Source of the DNA: Octopus vulgaris | Lineage: Eukaryota | DNA length: 64,000 bases | NCBI GenBank assembly: GCA_951406725.2 | Contig: OX597814.1 | Coordinates: 15,500,001 to 15,564,000 of the forward strand | Reading direction: 5' to 3' | Shown: piece after piece, positions 54,556-64,000 of the stretch | How the letters are laid out: each line of letters starts with the position of its first letter | How positions within the stretch are numbered: position 1 is the first letter of the stretch | Position numbers and translations under genes: made by a program | The notes under the pieces: generated by a model | What the model was told of the DNA's origin: nothing | What the model saw: the letters and a program-made list of their open reading frames with translations, nothing else | Database searches by the model: none

Positions 54556-56090
54556 TGTATGTATGTATGTATGCGTGACAGAAAAGAATATCAGAGGTGA
54601 CATGTGTGATCTAACTGACCGAAATATATAAAACAATTCCTATTGAGCTTTAGGTTATTATACTATATCATTGTAACTTATTTATTTTAGTGTACTTATT
54701 TTATCGACACCCAGAGAACGCAGAAAAAAAATCCATCAACTTGCGGTATTGAACCGAGACACATTTCGGAGAAATCATAAAGACCAATTTGTTATGGCCA
54801 CCATTTTGAGCAAGATGAAAGTTCATCTGAAGTAGAATGTAGCATATATACACGAGACGGGAAATGATTAAGAATAAAACTGAAGCGAAAAATACATCAA
54901 TTGTGTGCTTAGCATCGGTGACGGTTGCGGATGTAAAAGAAATAAAATTCACTTCAACAGAAATTGGTAATTTAACATATAAAATATAGCTGTGTTAGTT
55001 CTTTTTGGCTAGTCTCCAGGATTTGAAGAGGAGAAAAGTGATAAGAGGCAAACGAATACGAATATTCTGAAGATGCGGTATACAAAACTTGTTAAGTTAC
55101 TGTTTCATCTCAGTTTAATTTGCGAAGAATAAAAAGAACATACGTAAATTGAATATTGACCAGCTTTCAAAATAAATTAATTGTTTCCGGGGCTAGAGAC
55201 AGAGGTTATAGTAAGTGGTTAAAGCAGAAAGTCGGTTTAAAATTACACTGACCTAAGTTATTTGCGAAATTCTACCTTAAAGAAAATATTGAACGTCTGA
55301 AAATAAAATCTTTACTAAAGAGAAAAATAAAAATATAAGGAAAGAAAGTTTAAAGGTACGAGCGGGGAAGTAGGGAAACACAGTAAAAATTAATGTGAAA
55401 TTTAATGATTCATCTACTGGTAGATGTTGCAGGGTTTTATTTTCGTACAAAGCATTTGCCATTGCTATAAATTCTGCCGAGTAACATATTATCATACAAA
55501 TATAGTGATGGTATCCCAGCATGGCCACAACATCAAGCTAGAACTGATAAAATGTAAAACATATACTCTATGATAATCATGTTATTAATATATACATAGG
55601 CACACATGCAAAATATACATACACACATACATGCATACGTTCATATATATACATACATCCATCCATACATGCATGCATGTATGCATGCATGCATACATAC
55701 ATACATATATACATACATACATACATGCATACAAACATACATACATATATACATACACTGTGGCGTGTCAATTAAATTTCACGTTTACTTAGCAATTTAG
55801 ATTTTGGAATGGATTCTGAGAAATAATAATCAAGCAATTTTATATAAATCATTAAGGTACGCCAGCATGGCCATAATCTCTGGGTGAAACAGATAAAAAG
55901 TAAAAGGCATAAACACAATAACAATATTCTTAATACATATATACATACATGCCTCTTGCATATATGCATACACAGATACATATATGCACATATACATACA
56001 TGCATGCATAGATGCCAAAATACATGCAAGCATACACATAGATACATACATACATTCATTCATACATACATACATACACACATACATATA

Positions 56091-56123
<33 letters not shown>

Positions 56124-56396
56124 GCACACACATACATACATACACACATACATACACATGATAGCTGCAACTCATTTTTTAATGAAAGCCATCGCTTGAT
56201 TGTTCCTTAAACATAAGCAGCACAGATGTGAATTTTCGTTCATGTTATGGATTTTTACAGAGATGCAGCAATGAAGGGCGCCTCTTGCAGTAGAAATTAC
56301 AATATTGTTTTGGCGATGTTTCATTCTACCACGTGACGCGCATTCATTTCCACGTTCCCTAAAAGTAGAGATGCTATATAATGTATAGTGTTTTTT

Positions 56397-56690
56397 TATT
56401 TATTTATGCGCCCTTTTCTAGCCTAGCCAGGCTCATGGGCCCGGTTTCCCGGTTTCTATGGAGTATGTGTTCCCCAGTCCATCGCAGCGTTACTCAAGAA
56501 ACAGGAAGAAAGAGTGAGAGAAAGTTGGGGAGAAAGAGTACAACAGGGGTCGCCACCACCCCCAGCCGGAGCCTCGTGGAGCTTCAGGTGTTTTCGCTCA
56601 ATAAATACACACTAGTTCCGGTCTGGGAATCGAAACCGCGATCCTCCAACCGCGAGTCCGCTGCCCTAACCACTGGGCCATTGCGCCTTC
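56397..56690 (-). mobile_element. tRNA-derived SINE, head B + tail Y
   Basis: Head matches 4880-5070; tail matches 12230-12332. Confidence 0.9.
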
Positions 56691-57499
56691 ACAATATATA
56701 CTGTACCTTGGCTGTATTCGTAGCTACTCTGCTGACTACTAAGGCTTGCCTTACTTAGACTGATATGCAAACGCTCGTTACATGTTAGATTAGACTGCGC
56801 ACCAGCACACTCATAGAAATTCACTTCAACTCTCTTACGAACGTCTTGAGCTCTTCATGTTCGATATGATTTTGTTCGAATTCCTCCACGATGAACAATC
56901 TAGAGCAAGGTTTTTCTATCCGTTTAAATTAGCTTGTCCATTAAATTTGACGTTGCCTGGCAACTTGTCATGTTCGATGCGATTTTGTTCGAATTCCTCC
57001 ACGAAGTGTTAGCTTTTCCATTCAACTTGACAATGGCTACCAGTCGTAAAACGATTTAGAAGATTGATCATATATGTGCTCAGCATACGCCGATACACCC
57101 TAGTCTGACAAAAATGTGTTTCTTCTAGGACGCATATTGATATCTCCTAATACCTAGATTGCTTGAAAAGTGATTTGCCAGCTTTCTTTTTAAGGCAGTA
57201 ATACAGATTCCACAATCATCTGCAAATAAAATGACTCATTGATGCCTAACACGGGTAACTTAGACGTTTGCTTACAACATGCGACAATTGAGCTGTTTGC
57301 AATATCTGTATCTGAGAAAAAGCAATATTTGTAAGTCAAGCGCTATCACTTTTACATTCTAACCAAGCAAAGGTATCATGTGTATGCGTGCATGCATGTA
57401 AGTGGGAATGTCAGACTTTATATGCACTTTGACCAAACTTTCTTTAGGTTTGCTGCACTGTCTTCAGCGCACGCGTGCTAAGTGGTACCCTTGTAGTTT

Positions 57500-58580
57500 G
57501 GCTGTGTGCACCAAGGAAGAACAGAAAGACTAGTGATCTAATTTCTCTGGTCTAAAGGTGCGTTAGGGAGTGAATTTCATCATAGGCTTTCAGTACAGTA
57601 GACGGAGAGTATTCTACCGCATAGATGTGTACATGAGTGGATCAAAGAATTTTAAGATGGCTGGATAAGCTTCACGCACGAGTTCGGAGCAAGACACCCA
57701 CGAACATCCACCACTGACATGAAGATTCAGCAAGCTTGAGAGATGGATCTAACTAACCGACGAGTGACCAACGAAAATGTGGTATGAACTTTACAAATTA
57801 TCACGACTAGCTTCGCTTTCGTAAAGTCTGTGCGAGATGGATGCCAAAAGAACTTACCGAAGCGCACAAACACAATACTGTGAAGATTTGTCATGTCTTA
57901 CTCGAGCGCTACAACGATGAAGGTGAAACCTTTTTTTTTTCGGGGGTGGGGGGAGAAAATAATCAGATGAGACCTAGATCCAGAATCTAAAAGGCAGAGA
58001 ATGAAGTGGAAACACCCGGAATTGCCAGCTACAAAGAAATTTAAATTTCAGCCTTCCGTAGTGCTAGTCACTGTTGGGGACGTAAAAGGGCCTATTTTTG
58101 AGTATTATCTGAAAAAGACGTCTACAGTCACCAGTATAGGCCTCAGTGAGATACTGGACAAGAAACTAATGCCAGCAATTCGCATCAAACATCAAGATAT
58201 AGTGTCAAATCAAGTGTTATTGTTGCACCACAATACACGCCCACAAATGGTAACCCACACCGTTGAACCCATTGAAGAATTGGGTTTCCAGTTGCTGGAA
58301 CACCCTATTTAGTGTTTTGATCGAACCCCTTCCGACTATTATCTGTTTTGATCGCTCAAACAGCCTCTACAAGATCGGCAATTTGCTACGGAGGAAGCGG
58401 TGCATTAATGGTTGTGAGACTAAGCCAAAATCCTCTCTGATGGAATCGGAAAGTTTGTGCACCAATGGAAGAAGTGCGTCGAAAATCAAGGAGACTATGT
58501 TGAAAAAGGATGTAATTGTTCAACCCCCTTGCTTTGTGTTTTAATAAATCACGAAAACAAGAGTGCGTACAATTTTTCAT
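57500..58580 (+). mobile_element. Mariner transposase relic, family 2, near full length but disrupted
   Basis: FRKVCARWMPKELT, ESKRQRMKWKHP..KKFK.QPS, VLLLHHNTRP (HDNARP), LLEHP..PSDYYLF, WKKCVENQGDYVEK. Confidence 0.88.
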
Positions 58581-59597
58581 ATAGTGTATACGTATACATG
58601 TACGTGTGTGTATGCATGTATACATGTGCGAGTATGTATGAACACGTGTGAATGAATGTATATATGTGCGCGTATGTATGAACACATGTGTATACATATG
58701 GCTATATACATACATCAATAGTTTCAGTTGTAGCAATGTAGCCATACTGGGATAAAACTCTGTAAGTCAACCCTAATAATTATTTTATCGACGTCGGAAA
58801 TTCGACACACACTGGACTTCAACTCAGAATATATATTTACATAATCGAATACCACAAAGTATTTTATCCAACTCTATATTAATTCTTACATCAAGGGCCA
58901 TGTAAACTGATTTCTTGCATATTCTTGGACGGGATTTGATAGGAAATCGAAATCGTTTGTCGAAAAAAAAAACAATTTTGCAGGTTGCTGGAACGGTCAG
59001 AGACATATATTTACGAAACGATTTCTTGCTTTTGCCACCGCGAAATCACCTTTTATAACCGATTGAATTGATCTCGGTACCCACTCAGTACTTGAGACAT
59101 TGATCACACGTTCATAGAGAAAAAAAAACAACATAAAATTCGATACTGCTAGGATTTGAGCTTAGATCGAAGTCTGTAAGGTATTTTGTTCAACGGTCAC
59201 CTGATTCTCGTGTTCATTCCGATAATTAAATGTCATTCTATCTATAAATGATATAAAATTGGCGGTATATAAATAATTAATGAATTACTAAAATAATTAT
59301 AATTTGTAGATAAGAAAAAGCGAATGTAGCTTGTATATTTCGATATATAAACATATTCGTTACCTATTTTCATATACAAGTATACGTACGTACACAAATG
59401 TATAAAAATTACACATACACGCACCCAAAAACAAACTCACCTGCATAATTAGAAGATAAATATTAAATATATAGATATATTTTAATCAGTAACCAATATA
59501 TCTCTTTTTAACTAAGCAAATGTGTACTATATCTTTACACATGAATATCTAAATATAACTACATACTTAGACATGTATGTACGTGTATATATACATA

Positions 59598-59920
<323 letters not shown>

Positions 59921-60000
59921 AACAGAAGTTGAGAGGTAGACGAATCATGATTTTTAAAAACAAGAGAGTTTCAAAGACAAGGAATGTGTGTGGGTGCGTG

Positions 60001-60048
<48 letters not shown>

Positions 60049-60283
60049 TTTTTTTTTCTTAAGTTTCCCCAATAAAAATACCTGCATGCACTAGCGAAAT
60101 AATAATAATAATACTAATATAGTATTATATATCAATGCTTGGTAAATATTGCTTTCATTATTTTAGCACAGTCATAATCTCTCTCTTTCAAACATCACGC
60201 TATTCTTACAGCAGGGCGAGAAGCGATTTGTCAAGTTTTACCTTCTTCTCAAAGCAACATAGCAGCCCATTTGTTAATTTGTA

Positions 60284-60367
<84 letters not shown>

Positions 60368-60577
60368 GAGAGACAGAGAGAGAGGTAGAACATAGCAAAC
60401 AATGAATGAAATAAACATGAAATGAAAGAGTCGTATAAATAAAAGGGCATTACTACAGATGCATACAACCCCGACTTTGTTGCCTTATGACATCCAGAAA
60501 AATGGATACTTTTTAACAAAATTCTCTATAATTACCGCTTAGGTGTTGTAGTTTTAGAGTATATAGAGCTTTATTAA

Positions 60578-60808
60578 GGCGGCGAGCTGGTAGAATCGTT
60601 AGCACGCCGGGCGAAATGCATAGCTGTATTTCGTCTACCGCTACGTCCTGGGTTCAAATTCCGCCGAGGTCGACTTAGCCTTTCATCCTCTCGGGGTCGA
60701 TAAATTAAGTACCAGTTGCGTATTGGGGTCGATATAATCGACCTAATCCGTTTGTCTGTCCTTGTTTGTCCCCTCTGTGTTTAGCCCCTTGTGGGTAGTA
60801 AAGAAATA
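60578..60808 (+). mobile_element. SINE family A, full length
   Basis: 15-bp TSD tatatagagctttat at 60560-60574 and 60809-60823. Confidence 0.93.
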
Positions 60809-61533
60809 TATATAGAGCTTTATGGGAAGGAATTTTGCCGGGGGCTTGGAGAGAGAAGTTTTAGTAAATTTACACGATCTGGTACTTTTACCTTCATAAC
60901 GTTCAGGAAAATGTGTATCCTTTGATGAAAATCTTAATAAATCCTTTTCAAACGGTGTAGACTGCTATTATTTAGAATTTTGTGGGGAAAATTTTTCGGA
61001 GGATTTTCCCCGTTCGATTTTTTTAAACCACAGCCTTGGAAATGATAAGGGTGGGGGGCATCTTGTAAGAAAAAAGTTTTGAAAACTCTTTGCTTTTTAT
61101 AGCCCATTGCCTCATCCCTCTCCGGAACTATTTTGGCCAACTCTTCTTTTGCACTTCAAAACGGAGGAGTATTTTCGGTAAAAAGTTTTTTAAAATTGTT
61201 AACATTTTCAGGGGGAAAAGTGAGTGATTTAATGGCGATTTGGCTGTCGTTTCTAGCACATCCAAAGACAACTCTCCTTGTTTCTTTATTACTCTCGCAT
61301 GTATTGATGTTTTGCAATACTTTTCCCTCATAAATACATTTATAATCTATAAAAAAGAAACTGAGAATTTGTGAATTTTTTGCAACCCTTCTCCCTGCCC
61401 TTGGTTGTTTCTGCTTAGAAATTAAAATATTGGAGGGCTTGAGAAGATCAGTGCTGGTATTTATCCACAGTGATTTAAAAATTTACGGAGATGTACTTGC
61501 ATAGCAAGTGACTTGATCTGAGATCGTGTGCTG

Positions 61534-61822
61534 AAACAAAAATAATTGCAGCTTGGAAGATGTCTGTAAGCATTCATGAACACACAAAACCTGTTAGTTT
61601 CACTTCAACATTTAAATTTCATTTGTATCAAAATATGTTTGGAACTTTGAAACCGCAACCTGTTCACTGACAAAACTTCCCAAAAGTGATGCAGCTCGAA
61701 GTTTCAAAGCGACGAAAATGTTTTGACACAAATGAAATTTAAATGTTGAAGTGAAACTAACTGCTTCTGTATGATGTTGAATGACTTACTAAAATCTTTC
61801 ACGCTGCAATTGTTGTTGATTT
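61534..61822. mobile_element. Fold-back / MITE-like palindromic element
   Basis: Perfect 34-bp inverted repeat at 61593-61626 / 61728-61761, imperfect extension outward (aattgcagc / gctgcaatt) and inward (ctttgaaac / gtttcaaag). Confidence 0.7.
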
Positions 61823-63171
61823 AAAAAATAAGTTATGTAAACGAAAATTCATTTTAATAGCATTCTATTCGATTCGAAAATATTTACCTATACACGCATA
61901 CACAGGGCTTCGCTTGGTCAGGTGGGGTAAAAATTTAGATTAGAATTTATTTTTTGTTTTTCTTTCAACTATGGACCACGCGTGTGCTACTTCCGTAAAA
62001 TATGTTTAATGTGAGAAAAATATTGAAAAGACATCAGTACATTTGAGAGTGAGAAAGAAGGGTGGTTTGGGTTGTGCTAGAAACAACAGCGAAACCTCTC
62101 TTGAAATGTTCTTCTGAAAATATTTACAATTTGCTTTGTTTTTGTTTTTTGAGCAAAAGGCTCCTCCCATGGATTTTAAGTTAAAAAGGAAAATGGCCCA
62201 AATCGGTACAGATAGTTATTATTGTAAAGCTTATAGCGTTCCAAACAGCCATAACAACAGGATTACTTTTAAATGTTGTTTACAAAAATTCTACGAGTAT
62301 TCTAAAAGAATTTCATTCAATAAATAATGTTTCTGCATTATGCATATATGAATAGAATAAATTGTCAGATTTCCAAATAGTGCATTAAAACTTGGAATGA
62401 AAACATGTGAGAGACTTTGAAAATGAATATTTAAATTTGTGCAGCATTGGACGCAGTAAATGCAATGAATATGTAAATTCGCTACACATTGGAGTTAAGA
62501 AATTCAATGCACATGCATTTATAAAAATATTTCCAGATGGCCAACCCTTCAATACTTGCTTTCTTTTAGTACTTTTAGTAATTGCTACATACCTAATCAA
62601 TAAGCAGCTTACTCCATTAGAGTACAGATAAATAGAGGATATACATACACATACATATACATGTGCGTGTATGTGTGCGTGTATGTATGTACATATGTAT
62701 ATATGTACCTATGTATGTATCTATCTATGTAACTATGTATACATATATGTGTCTGTGTGATGTCTGCATGAGTGCAGGTAAGCGAAACAGATAACTCGAT
62801 AGTGTGAAGTAGAGTAAAATAATATTTGTTCAGAGCTACATCGAAGTGTTGTGATTATGTAATTTTTTTTTTAGTAATAAAGTAGTAATATTGACGAAAA
62901 TGTGGGTATAACCGTATCGTTGCCCCGCCTTTGAAGTGTAGTCGCCCTGCTATAGTTAGAATTCCCGCAGAGGTTTAACCTGTCAGTCAGTGAAGCGGAA
63001 GCGTGAAACTTGACTACGAACTCACTCAGACACACCGTGGAATATAAATATTATTCTAGATTCTACTTCGTTGTAGAGAGTATTTTTAACCCTATTTACA
63101 TATCACCTATCTACCCACGCATTCAGCCATTCTCTCATACAGACACACACACACACACACATGTATATATG

Positions 63172-63232
<61 letters not shown>

Positions 63233-63608
63233 ATATACAATTATATAATAATGTCTGTATCTACAAATACACATACATATATACACACATACAAATACAT
63301 ACATGTATGTATATATATGTATGTGTGTTTGAGTATGTGTGTTTTTGTGTGTATGTGTGTATGTATATGTGTATATATTTTTCCTGTTGAAGGCGGGTTT
63401 ATGGGGTTACCATGGGTAACTTTATGGTTTGTCGTCAAGACCTGTTGGCTTATGTCATAGGCTAACAGGCTTGTGTTTTTCTAAAAACGATATATATATA
63501 AGCATTATTAAATCTCAGAATGAGATGTAACAGTAATCGCTCGATAATGTAAAGTATAGAAGCCATCTTCATATGGCTAACCACATAGGGGAGGGGGTGT
63601 TACTGTAG

Positions 63609-63677
<69 letters not shown>

Positions 63678-64000
63678 CATATACGTATATATGTACATAC
63701 AGAGACACACACTCATATGTATATATGCACTTGTATATCTGTATGCGTATAAATACTTTCTTTCTGTTTTAGGCTAACTTAAAACATCTTGTATTTCAGG
63801 TAATTGAGAACAAACAAGTATTTATGCAGATCACTCCTCCTTTATATTCTCGAATCAATATCATGACCTGAGAGGTGAAATGGCAAAAAGATTATGTTTT
63901 ACATTATATCTACGTATTCAAGCGGTCGTGTTTTCTAATTGAATTTTACTGCTAACCTGTTCTATATACATCCAATATTTACTTCCCAGTACATCTACAA

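Noticed and set aside
62920-63060. GC-box and ETS-like words suggesting a promoter
   Set aside because: Short motifs expected by chance; no supported downstream gene

Overview
Very AT-rich, microsatellite-dense eukaryotic non-coding DNA (intronic or intergenic). The tRNA-derived SINE repertoire and (TA)n/(GATA)n/(TAA)n density suggest an octopus genome; this is an inference from repeat recognition, not a database result. No host protein-coding gene can be firmly supported, and nearly all short ORFs in the track are microsatellite translations. Content: (1) a young, 5'-truncated R4/Dong-type restriction-like-endonuclease (RLE) LINE at 36706-39480 with one 1-bp frameshift, inside a pile-up of RLE-LINE relics in (TAA)n tracts, plus an identical 113-bp 3'UTR-only copy; (2) a CR1/L2-group LINE relic whose 3' tail is shared with a SINE family; (3) a Penelope-like RT relic; (4) three mariner relics, a non-autonomous Helitron and several fold-back/MITE elements; (5) more than 15 tRNA-derived SINEs, many with clean TSDs and with swapped head/tail modules. 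The most notable hidden signal is a dispersed set of short, microsatellite-flanked fragments carrying minimal hammerhead-ribozyme-like motifs with a recurrent CCGANGA core variant and stem covariation between families, probably Penelope-type terminal repeats. I found nothing I can honestly call a wholly new biological system; the findings are variants of known mobile-element biology plus a few weak exon candidates.
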